Origin: Elusimicrobiota bacterium
GTDB lineage: Bacteria; Elusimicrobiota; Endomicrobiia; CG1-02-37-114; JAHJSO01
Reading direction: 5' to 3'
Length of the DNA stretch: 64,000 nt
Assembly (NCBI GenBank): GCA_043826435.1
Contig: JBDRQF010000037.1
Span: 32,001-96,000, forward strand
Of this stretch, positions 56,339 through 64,000 are shown one piece after another. The translations under genes were made by a program, and so were the position numbers. Below the pieces are notes generated by a model. That model did no database searches and was not told the origin of the DNA. It saw only the letters and a list, made by a program, of their open reading frames with translations. Position 1 is the stretch's first letter. The number at the start of each line of letters is the position of its first letter.

Positions 56339-57195
56339 TTTGCCTCCAGTTCTTCCGGATAGACCCGGACTTTTAACAGTTCTTTCTGCTTCTCAATCCA
56401 TTTGTCAAACCTGTCTTTTATAATTATCCTTTTAATTTCGTTCCGGGCATTTTCGGCAGAAACCGCAGGCAGGATTTTTTGCGAGGTTTTCCTAAGGACG
56501 TGGTATCCGTAGGCCGTATGCACCGGTTTTTCAGAAAATTTACCGACGGGCATGTCCTTTACTGCCCCGCTGAATTCAGGCAGGAGTTCAGCAGGTTTGA
56601 ACGTGCCGAGGTCCCCGCCCCTTGAACTTGTTGCAGGGTCAAGCGATGCCTCTTTTGCAAGGGTTTCAAAATCAGTTCCCTTTTTTAATTTTCGGACGAC
56701 TTCCTCGGCGTCCGGTAACGACGACAAAAGTATGTGGCTTAACCGTATCTCTACGGGCCGGTCAAAGTCCTTCTTGTTGTCCTTATAATATTGTTCAATC
56801 TCGCTATCGGGGACATTAAGTTCGGTCTTTTCCATTTCCTTGAGGTATTCTTCTATGAGCCGTTCCTCCTCAAACTGACGGACCTTGTTCTTGTAATCCT
56901 GCTTGAACTCCTCCACGGACGTCAGGATGTCCTTGCGTTTGTGCAGGTTGGACTTTTTGGCGAGGACGAGCATTATTTTCTGGCGCATGAGTATGTCCAG
57001 GAACTGCCTCCTGCCGGGTTCGGTGGACAGGTATTCCTGATAACTTAAAGGAGCGGACCTTATCTTTGATGCGACGTCCTCTAGCGTAATTTTTTCAGAA
57101 CCGACCCGTGCCACCACCTTTTTTTCCTGTTTCTTACCGCACCCGGCAAAAGCAAATGTGAAAACAAGCAAAAAACAACCGATATATTTTCTCAA
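56335..57195 (-). CDS. prsA: PrsA/PpiC-type foldase lipoprotein
   Basis: Likely TTG start at 57195 after GGGGGTG; lipobox FAGC; SHILL, GGDLG, YGYHV. Confidence 0.82.
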   Translation of the reverse strand: MRKYIGCFLLVFTFAFAGCGKKQEKKVVARVGSEKITLEDVASKIRSAPLSYQEYLSTEPGRRQFLDILMRQKIMLVLAKKSNLHKRKDILTSVEEFKQDYKNKVRQFEEERLIEEYLKEMEKTELNVPDSEIEQYYKDNKKDFDRPVEIRLSHILLSSLPDAEEVVRKLKKGTDFETLAKEASLDPATSSRGGDLGTFKPAELLPEFSGAVKDMPVGKFSEKPVHTAYGYHVLRKTSQKILPAVSAENARNEIKRIIIKDRFDKWIEKQKELLKVRVYPEELEAK

Positions 57196-57217
57196 TTTAA
57201 ACACCCCCACTTTGATT

Positions 57218-57246
57218 ATTATATCATATATTGCTGAATTTTGCAA
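57218..57246 (-). promoter_or_regulatory. Internal sigma70 promoter at the end of mfd
   Basis: Minus strand TTGCAA-17 bp-TATAAT with extended TGn. Confidence 0.65.
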
Positions 57247-60238
57247 TGAGGTCGGACAAAAAATTTTTTATCTGTGTTTTTTCCTGTTCCATCAGAAAAC
57301 CGTCCTGTGTCCAGGCAATTGAACGGTTATACGTTTTTGAAAGGTAGTGGACTGCATCATGAGGCCTCTTTTCCGGCAGGAATACGTATTCCAGATATTT
57401 CCTGTCTTTTCTGTATATCTCCTTTATCTGTTGCAGCCCTGATTTTTTCATAAGGTGTCTTATCTCAACGAGATAAACGAGGTTTTTAACCGGTCCGGGC
57501 GGCGAGCCGAACCTGTCCGTAAGTTCATAGATGATGCCGTTTAATTCCTCTGTTTTTTCAGCAGTTATGAATTTCCTGTAAAACATAATCCTCATCTGTT
57601 CCTGCGGGATGTAATCCTGCGGGATAAAAGCGGGTATGTCTATGTCAACTACCGGGGTGAACTCTTCCGACCGGGCGGCAGGTTTAATGCCCCTTAGGGT
57701 GTGAACTTCTTCCGACAAGAACCTGCTGTATATGTCCAGCCCCACGTCATGCACGAACCCGTGTTGTTTTTTGCCGAGGAACTCTCCCGCTCCCCTTATT
57801 TCCATATCCTGCAATGCCAGTTTAAACCCGGAGCCGAGACGTGAGAACTCCTTCAGCGCCGCCAGCCGTTTCCTGGTTGCTTCGTTGAGTTCCCCGTGAG
57901 TATAGAGCAGGTAGCAGTATGCCCTTGTTTTTGAACGACCTACTCTGCCCCTTAACTGGTACATCGTAGAGAGGCCGAACTTTTCCGCCTTTTCCACTAT
58001 CATCGTATTGACGTTCGGGAGGTCAATGCCCGACTCCACTATCGTCGTAGCGATGAGACAGTCATACAGGGCATGGCCGAATTCAAACATTGTTTTTTCA
58101 ATCTCCCTGCCTTTCATCCTGCCGTGGACAACGCAGAATTTTATTCCGGGCATGAGTTTTTCAAGGCGCCTTTTCCGCGCCTCAATTGAGTGTATGTAAT
58201 TGTGGATGTAAAAAACCTGTCCTCCCCTGCCCGTCTCACTGCTTATTGCTTTTACTATAATGTCCTCGTTGTATCCGGCCAGATGCGTTTCAATGGGGAG
58301 CCGCCCCTCGGGGCTGGTCTCTATCAGGGAAAGGTCTTTTATGCCTGAAAGCGACATGGACAACGTTCTTGGTATGGGGGTCGCGGTGAGGGAAAGGACG
58401 TCCATGGATTTCCTGAGCAGTTTCAGGTGCTCCTTCTGGGCGACGCCGAACCTGTGTTCCTCGTCTATAATCAAAAGACCGAGGTCTTTGAACCGGATGT
58501 CTTTTTGCAGGAGGCGGTGCGTCCCTATGACGATGTCCGTTATGCCCCTTTTGATAGACGCGGAGATTTCCGCCTGTTCCTTTTTTGTCTGGAATCTTGT
58601 GAGCAGGGCGATGTGGACAGGGAATGATTTCAGCCGTTCCATGAAAACGTTGTAGTGCTGTTCGGCAAGGACTGTCGTAGGTGTAAGAACAGCCGCCTGT
58701 TTTGAGTTAACGGCGCATCTGAATGCCGCCCTTACCGCAACCTCCGTTTTTCCGAAGCCGACGTCACCCAGTACAAGGCGGTCCATCGGGTATGGCGTTC
58801 CCATATCCTTTTGGACTTGTTCAATTGAGTTTATCTGATCCTGTGTTTCGTCGTACGGGAATGAGTTCGCCAATGCCCTTTCAAGTTCAGCGTCCCCGGT
58901 AAAAGGCGGCCGCTGTTGTTGTTTCCTGGCGAGATAAATACCGTGGAGTTTTTTCGCCAGGTCTGATGCGGACTCTTTTGCCTTTAACTTCGCCCTCTCC
59001 CAGGAGGCGGTATCAAGGGAGTAAAGTTTCGGCCTCCTGCCCTCAACGCCTATGTATTTTCCGACCTTGCGGAAATCCGTTATCGGCACAAAAACCCTGT
59101 CGCCGCCGCGGTATTCAATCTGTATATATTCCGAAACGTTTTCCCCTATTGCAATCTGTTTCAGCCCTTTGTACCTGCCTATGCCGTATTTTTCATGAAC
59201 AACGTAGTCGCCAGGGGCAATTTCCCACAGGCCTTCAAGGGTCACCCCTGATTTTATCCCGGCCGTCCTCGGGGGAGCGGTGAACCTGCCGAATATGTCG
59301 TTGTAGGATATGAAGAATAATTTTCTTTCAGGGTTGTAAAACCCCCGTCTCAATTTACCGCTTAAGACGTCCGGCATTGCGATGTTTATATTCCTGCTTA
59401 TCATTCCGTCCTGCAGGACTGCCGTCAGTCTTTGATGTTCTCCGGTGTTGCCGCAGAAGATAACGGTAGTATATTTTTCATTGTGATATTTTATGAAGTC
59501 GCGGAAGAACAGGTCAATGTTTCCTGCATACCGGACGTTCGGGAAAAAGTTTTTCATGCCGGCATCCCCGCAGACGGATATATCCGTTGTTTTTGCATTA
59601 TGCAGGTACTGTTTTATGTTTCCTGAAACGTCGTATTCTTTCGCAGGCAGCAGTGTGTATCCGCTGATGGCGTCTTTTGAAAGTTGCGTTTCAGGGTCAA
59701 AGCGCCGGATTGATTCAACCGTATCGCCTGAAAAAAGGATTCTGACGGGGAGGTCTGCCGACGGGGGTGACCACGCGTCTATTATTTCGCCCCGGACGGC
59801 GAACTGCCCTGTGTCTTCAACAAAGTCGGTCCTTGTCCAGCCCGTTTCGGTAAAAAAGGAAAGTATGTCCCTGCGCGTCAAATTCGCTCCGGTCTGAAGC
59901 CGGATGGTTTTCAAATCTTCCGGGGGCAAACACCCGTCAAGGACTGATTGCCGGGACGCAAGGATAAAGAAGGTTTCGCCGGGAGAATTTTTCAGGTTGT
60001 ACAACGTTGAAATGCGATCGGAGTCATTCTCGTTAAAGAGGAGCGTCCTTGCAGGCGACCTAAACCACAGGGACAGGGAGGCAACGCCGTCCCGGGCCGT
60101 CTCTATGTCTTCTTCAGTCGGAAGGACAACGAGGCATGTTTTCTTTTTTAAATAAAAACTCTCAAACAGATAAAAAAGACATGGTTCAAAACCATCAGAA
60201 CATTTTTCGGGATGCATATACATAAAGCAACATAACAA
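57224..60238 (-). CDS. mfd: Transcription-repair coupling factor
   Basis: FAVRGEIID, GDYVVH..YGIGRY, GDVGFGKTEVA, DEEHRFG, TATPIPRTL, QLRGRVGR, TRCF C-terminal domain. Confidence 0.96.
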   Translation of the reverse strand: MLCCFMYMHPEKCSDGFEPCLFYLFESFYLKKKTCLVVLPTEEDIETARDGVASLSLWFRSPARTLLFNENDSDRISTLYNLKNSPGETFFILASRQSVLDGCLPPEDLKTIRLQTGANLTRRDILSFFTETGWTRTDFVEDTGQFAVRGEIIDAWSPPSADLPVRILFSGDTVESIRRFDPETQLSKDAISGYTLLPAKEYDVSGNIKQYLHNAKTTDISVCGDAGMKNFFPNVRYAGNIDLFFRDFIKYHNEKYTTVIFCGNTGEHQRLTAVLQDGMISRNINIAMPDVLSGKLRRGFYNPERKLFFISYNDIFGRFTAPPRTAGIKSGVTLEGLWEIAPGDYVVHEKYGIGRYKGLKQIAIGENVSEYIQIEYRGGDRVFVPITDFRKVGKYIGVEGRRPKLYSLDTASWERAKLKAKESASDLAKKLHGIYLARKQQQRPPFTGDAELERALANSFPYDETQDQINSIEQVQKDMGTPYPMDRLVLGDVGFGKTEVAVRAAFRCAVNSKQAAVLTPTTVLAEQHYNVFMERLKSFPVHIALLTRFQTKKEQAEISASIKRGITDIVIGTHRLLQKDIRFKDLGLLIIDEEHRFGVAQKEHLKLLRKSMDVLSLTATPIPRTLSMSLSGIKDLSLIETSPEGRLPIETHLAGYNEDIIVKAISSETGRGGQVFYIHNYIHSIEARKRRLEKLMPGIKFCVVHGRMKGREIEKTMFEFGHALYDCLIATTIVESGIDLPNVNTMIVEKAEKFGLSTMYQLRGRVGRSKTRAYCYLLYTHGELNEATRKRLAALKEFSRLGSGFKLALQDMEIRGAGEFLGKKQHGFVHDVGLDIYSRFLSEEVHTLRGIKPAARSEEFTPVVDIDIPAFIPQDYIPQEQMRIMFYRKFITAEKTEELNGIIYELTDRFGSPPGPVKNLVYLVEIRHLMKKSGLQQIKEIYRKDRKYLEYVFLPEKRPHDAVHYLSKTYNRSIAWTQDGFLMEQEKTQIKNFLSDLIAKFSNI

Positions 60239-60271
60239 GAGTACTCTGTAACCTATGTACGGGCGGACAAT

Positions 60272-60577
60272 TTAAGAGAGGACGCCCAGGGCATTATTGG
60301 CGAGCATACCTATTTTAATTCCTGACTTTTTTGCTTTAGAGGACACTTCAACCACTTTGCTTTTAAGCAATTCATCAACACTTGAGACACCCCTTACCAC
60401 ACAGGCACAGTCATCAAACTTGTCTGCTGTTGCAATGTCAAGATACCCGCACATAATATAACCCTTTTTTGCCACGACCAGTACAAGTGTGGAATTCTGA
60501 AGCGGAATCTCAATTCCCTGTGCAACCTGTTTGCCCTTTTTGATTACAATGTCTCGGACTTGCATAAAATTCTCCAC
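60272..60577 (-). CDS. yunC: YunC/DUF1805 family protein
   Basis: KGYIMCGYLD...VRGVSSVDELL...GIKIGM. Confidence 0.85.
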   Translation of the reverse strand: MENFMQVRDIVIKKGKQVAQGIEIPLQNSTLVLVVAKKGYIMCGYLDIATADKFDDCACVVRGVSSVDELLKSKVVEVSSKAKKSGIKIGMLANNALGVLS

Positions 60578-60695
60578 TCCCCCGGGTTATTCGTCCGGGA
60601 AATACCTTCTAAAACCCGTGATGCTGTTCCCCGCGAGAACCCCACAAAAAACCCCGCGTTTCCAGATACTATTCTACATCTATTTTTTTGAAAAG

Positions 60696-61937
60696 TCAAG
60701 GACGGAAAACATTGGGCGGGAAAACATTGGCATATTTGTAATTTTTGTCAATTGTCATTTTTGTTTTCATTTCGCTACACAACTCTTTCAATAGGGTTAA
60801 AATTTTTTCTGCCCTCTTTTTTGGTGCAATGCGTGGCTGACCCGAGTGTATATAAACAGGATATATAGTAATTCCTTCAATGGCAGCGTGTGGCAGGGCA
60901 GATGCATTTATGTCAGATGCATTGATGTCAGAGGCGGGTTGTACGGCGGTGTTTGTGTCTGTTGTGGATATCCGGAGCATGAACTCCACAATGATTGTTT
61001 CATTCTGTTCGTCCTTTGGCGGCATAAAAACAAAATTGCCTAAACTGTAAACAATTGGTTTGTTTTTGTAAAACTCAATTCCCTGCATAACATGGGGGTG
61101 GTGTCCTACAACGATGTCAGCCCCCGAGTCAATAGCATGTCTTGCCAGATATTTTTGAGATTTGGTGGGATAATAACTTTTCTCTTCTCCCCAGTGAAAT
61201 GATACAAATACAATGTGTGCCCGTGCCTTTAATTTTTTTATACTTTCTTTCATCAATTTCGCTGGCCAGGTCGGAGCAACACCAGGTTTTTTGGTTTTTG
61301 CGATACAGTCAGTTGAAACAATCGCTGAATAGCCAAGAAAGCCGACCCTGATTTCACCGACCGGAATTATAACCCCTGCTGTGGCCTCTTCAATATCTCT
61401 ACCCGCTCCTACTGCAAGAATTTTGTTTTCGTTCAGATATCTTATTGTGTCCAGAAGTGCGAGTTCACCAAAATCCATTGTGTGATTATTGGCAAGATTT
61501 ACAACATCAAATCCGGCGTATTTCAGTGATTCAACCCTTTTGGGCGAGCCCCTCAGTTGCCACTGTTTGTTGAGCGGTTCTCCTCTATCAGAGAGAGAAC
61601 ATTCCATGTTACAGAAGGATATGTCCGCTGATTTCAACAGTCCCCCGATTTTTTCAAAAGGATATTTTTCGCCTGACATTTTAATATGGTATTCAATGCC
61701 CTTGCGTGCCAGAAGAACATCCCCGACCGCCACAATGGTTAGGGAGTCCCTGTTTTTGGATAGAGGTGTCCTGTCTTTGCTGGTTCTCGCAGTTGATATA
61801 GCAGAAGACGAAACGGTAGAAAACTCCTCGGAATGTACTGCATTATTAAACGGAATATGTGCCATCACAAGAATAAGGAATAATTTTGTCATTAGATTTC
61901 GCAGGAGTACCGCACTGCTCTGATAAGTCGGATACAT
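60696..61937 (-). CDS. capA: CapA-family metallophosphoesterase
   Basis: VGDV, NMEC, LANNHTMDFG, SFHWGEE, GHHPHV, YSLGNFVF. Confidence 0.92.
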   Translation of the reverse strand: MYPTYQSSAVLLRNLMTKLFLILVMAHIPFNNAVHSEEFSTVSSSAISTARTSKDRTPLSKNRDSLTIVAVGDVLLARKGIEYHIKMSGEKYPFEKIGGLLKSADISFCNMECSLSDRGEPLNKQWQLRGSPKRVESLKYAGFDVVNLANNHTMDFGELALLDTIRYLNENKILAVGAGRDIEEATAGVIIPVGEIRVGFLGYSAIVSTDCIAKTKKPGVAPTWPAKLMKESIKKLKARAHIVFVSFHWGEEKSYYPTKSQKYLARHAIDSGADIVVGHHPHVMQGIEFYKNKPIVYSLGNFVFMPPKDEQNETIIVEFMLRISTTDTNTAVQPASDINASDINASALPHAAIEGITIYPVYIHSGQPRIAPKKRAEKILTLLKELCSEMKTKMTIDKNYKYANVFPPNVFRP

Positions 61938-62000
61938 TTACTTCATCCCCCTAATAATGCCTCGCCATTTGAGGCAGGAAGCGATGAATACCTTTACTTA

Positions 62001-62029
62001 AATATACCATAAATTATTTGTATTTTCAA
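62001..62029 (-). promoter_or_regulatory. Putative sigma70 promoter for capA
   Basis: Minus strand TTGAAA-17 bp-TATATT with extended TGn. Confidence 0.55.
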
Positions 62030-62050
62030 GTGCAGGGAGTTCACAATTTC

Positions 62051-62080
62051 TTGACAATACCCTGAAAATTATGCTAATAT
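62051..62080 (+). promoter_or_regulatory. Putative sigma70 promoter for nfeD
   Basis: TTGACA-18 bp-TAATAT with extended TGn, ending 6 nt before ATG 62087. Confidence 0.55.
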
Positions 62081-62086
62081 ACAACT

Positions 62087-63658
62087 ATGATTCTTCTTTT
62101 TTGTATCGGATGTTTTCTTTTTAGCGGGCTGACGACTAACGCGCTGGCAACCGAGGGTCTGGCGGCTAAGGGTCTGGCAGATAGTGGGTTGGCAACTATT
62201 GGGCTGGTAGCGGATGCTGGGGCAACCGGTGATATGACAGCCGGGCAGACATCATCTGGACGGACGACAACCCATTTGTCAGCAATAGAGAGCAGTGCCA
62301 CAGCGTCTACAAACGTGTATCTCCTTGAAATAAACGGAGTAATAAATCCTGTCGTTTCCGAATACATTTCTCAAGAACTGAAGTCAGCACAACCGGATAT
62401 ACCCGTTATTATTCAATTGAATACGCCAGGTGGTTTAATGGAATCAATGAATGAGATTGTCATGTCCATTCTGAATTCACCCCGCCCTGTAATTGTATGG
62501 GTGGGCCCGGCCGGCGCAAAGGCTGCATCCGCAGGCGTGTTTATCACAATGGCGTCGGATATTGCCGCTATGGCGCCCGCCACAAACATCGGTGCCGCCC
62601 ACCCTGTACAGATGGGCGGGGTTCCTATCCCTTCACGACCATCGGGCGGGGAGCAGAAAAAGGAAGTCCGGGAGAAAGATGGGCAAAGGGAACAGGCAGA
62701 TGAAAAGAAGGGTGAAAAGATAAAACCCGGGGCGGATAAACCCGTGCAGTATGCTCCGGAGCCGGACACGATGGAACAGAAGATAACGAACGACGCTGCT
62801 GCCTACATGAGGGCGATTACAAAAACGAAGAAAAGAAACTGGCAATGGGCTGAGGAGTCGGTTACAAAAAGCGTTTCAATTACTTCCGACGAGGCGCTCA
62901 GAAAAAAGGTGATAGAGTATGTCGCCCCGGACTTAAACGGACTCCTCTCTATGATTCACGGTAAAAAGGTTGAAAAACTGGACAGGACGTATGTGCTCAA
63001 TACCAAAGACGCATCGGTTATCAAAAAAGAAATGTCCGCTTTCAGGAAATTTCTGAATTTCGTCGCGCATCCGAATATAGCCCTTATTTTTCTCACGCTT
63101 GGCGTGTATGGACTGATTTATGAGTTCAGTTCACCAGGTATCGGGTTCGGGGTTGTCTTCGGCGGGGTGTGCCTGATTCTTGCTTTTTATTCAATGCATC
63201 TGTTGCCCGTAAACACAGCGGGGCTGGTGCTGGTTCTGTTAGGGGTAGTGCTTATGGCAATGGATATAATTGTTTCCACCTACGGCATACTCACCATCGG
63301 GGGAGTTGCATCTTTTATTTTTGGTTCTCTTATGCTGTTTGATTCGCCCGAAAATTTTTTGAGGGTGTCATTCAGTGTGATATTTTCGCTTGCTGCCGCG
63401 ACGCTGCTGTTTATTGTTTTTGTCATAGGAGCAATACTGAAATCCCGCAGGAAGAAAGTTGCGACGGGCAGGGAAAGTTTACTGGGCACGGTCGCGGTGG
63501 CGAGAAACGATTTTGTAAACTCCCAGGGGATGGTATTTGTTCACGGTGAGCTCTGGAAGGCGGAAACGCCGGGTTCGGGGGAGGTGAAGACAGGGGAAAA
63601 GTTAGAGATAACCGGTATTGAGGGGAATTTGCTGAAAGTTAAAAAGGCATCAGGTTAA
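62087..63658 (+). CDS. nfeD: NfeD long form (ClpP-class membrane serine protease)
   Basis: LNTPGG, AASAG, NIGAAHP, TM region, TGRESLLG...VFVHGELWKA. Confidence 0.93.
   Translation: MILLFCIGCFLFSGLTTNALATEGLAAKGLADSGLATIGLVADAGATGDMTAGQTSSGRTTTHLSAIESSATASTNVYLLEINGVINPVVSEYISQELKSAQPDIPVIIQLNTPGGLMESMNEIVMSILNSPRPVIVWVGPAGAKAASAGVFITMASDIAAMAPATNIGAAHPVQMGGVPIPSRPSGGEQKKEVREKDGQREQADEKKGEKIKPGADKPVQYAPEPDTMEQKITNDAAAYMRAITKTKKRNWQWAEESVTKSVSITSDEALRKKVIEYVAPDLNGLLSMIHGKKVEKLDRTYVLNTKDASVIKKEMSAFRKFLNFVAHPNIALIFLTLGVYGLIYEFSSPGIGFGVVFGGVCLILAFYSMHLLPVNTAGLVLVLLGVVLMAMDIIVSTYGILTIGGVASFIFGSLMLFDSPENFLRVSFSVIFSLAAATLLFIVFVIGAILKSRRKKVATGRESLLGTVAVARNDFVNSQGMVFVHGELWKAETPGSGEVKTGEKLEITGIEGNLLKVKKASG
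62144..62218 (+). repeat. Five imperfect 15-bp tandem repeats in the nfeD N-terminus
   Basis: Encode LATEG LAAKG LADSG LATIG LVADA. Confidence 0.75.
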
Positions 63659-63667
63659 GGGGGCGCT

Positions 63668-63686
63668 GCGCGAGATGTGAGCGCCC
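63668..63686. repeat. Family B hairpin
   Basis: GCGCGAGATGTGAGCGCCC, identical to 23311-23329. Confidence 0.6.
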
Positions 63687-63700
63687 GGGAGGAGGTAAAA

Positions 63701-64000
63701 ATGTTTACAGGTCCCATAATGTTGATATTTGTGTGTCTGATAATTTTTATAAATGCCGTAAGGGTTATAAAGGAGTATGAGAGGGGAGTAATATTCCGGC
63801 TGGGGCGTATGGTGGGAGTAAAGGGTCCCGGGCTTTTTTTCATCATACCTTTTGTTGACAAGATGGTGATAGTGAGTTTACGCACGCAGGTGCTGGACGT
63901 CCCCATTCAGGAGGTTATAACAAAAGACAACGTCCCCGCAAAGGTTAACGCTGTTTGTTATTTCAGGGTTATGGAACCCGGCAAAGCAATAGTTGAGGTT
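63701..64000 (+). CDS. SPFH/stomatin-like (slipin) protein, runs off the window end
   Basis: [24 protein letters not shown]...[12 protein letters not shown]...QEVITKDNV; follows nfeD. Confidence 0.92.
   Translation, partial: MFTGPIMLIFVCLIIFINAVRVIKEYERGVIFRLGRMVGVKGPGLFFIIPFVDKMVIVSLRTQVLDVPIQEVITKDNVPAKVNAVCYFRVMEPGKAIVEV

Noticed and set aside
60696..61937. capA as evidence of a poly-gamma-glutamate capsule
   Set aside because: capB and capC are absent here; stand-alone CapA homologs are widespread

Overview
Bacterial chromosomal window from a diderm (TolC, SurA-like foldases, several predicted beta-barrels), probably anaerobic organism (PorABCD, flavodiiron protein, superoxide reductase); I cannot assign the taxon reliably. 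No rRNA, tRNA, CRISPR array or intact transposase was recognised. Six blocks: (1) 13-6452, an ECF sigma / ZAS anti-sigma with an extracytoplasmic CBM48-type glycogen-binding domain, two secreted helical proteins and two predicted outer-membrane barrels; (2) a D-aminoacylase behind a perfect sigma70 promoter, probably leaderless; (3) 8304-27086, a co-oriented ~19 kb Rrf2-headed cluster combining sulfate assimilation (cysH, sat, PiT/CysP, TusA-fused sulfite reductase, cysK), a ubiquitin-like sulfur-carrier relay (JAB protease, C-terminally capped ThiS, MoaD-MoeB fusion, ThrC-like enzyme, NIL protein), Fe-S assembly and O2 defence, plus a Cys-less two-domain HemC; (4) 27096-41489, a partly AT-rich metal-resistance block (ECF sigma, Cys-tailed anti-sigma, CusCBA, YHS/HMBD/cupredoxin proteins, RnfD-like protein, an unannotated 39-aa 7-Cys microprotein, a cusA::cusB deletion scar, two permeases); (5) cobA-hemD, hemB, hemL, an ORF6N remnant, fdx-porCDAB, an Fe-S flavoprotein, suhB, trxA; (6) minus-strand capA-yunC-mfd-prsA-surA-pdxA-TPR-ispE and a divergent nfeD-SPFH pair. 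At least three families of small palindromic repeats and many short tandem duplications occur, some inside genes. All calls are from motif recognition by eye, without database searches.
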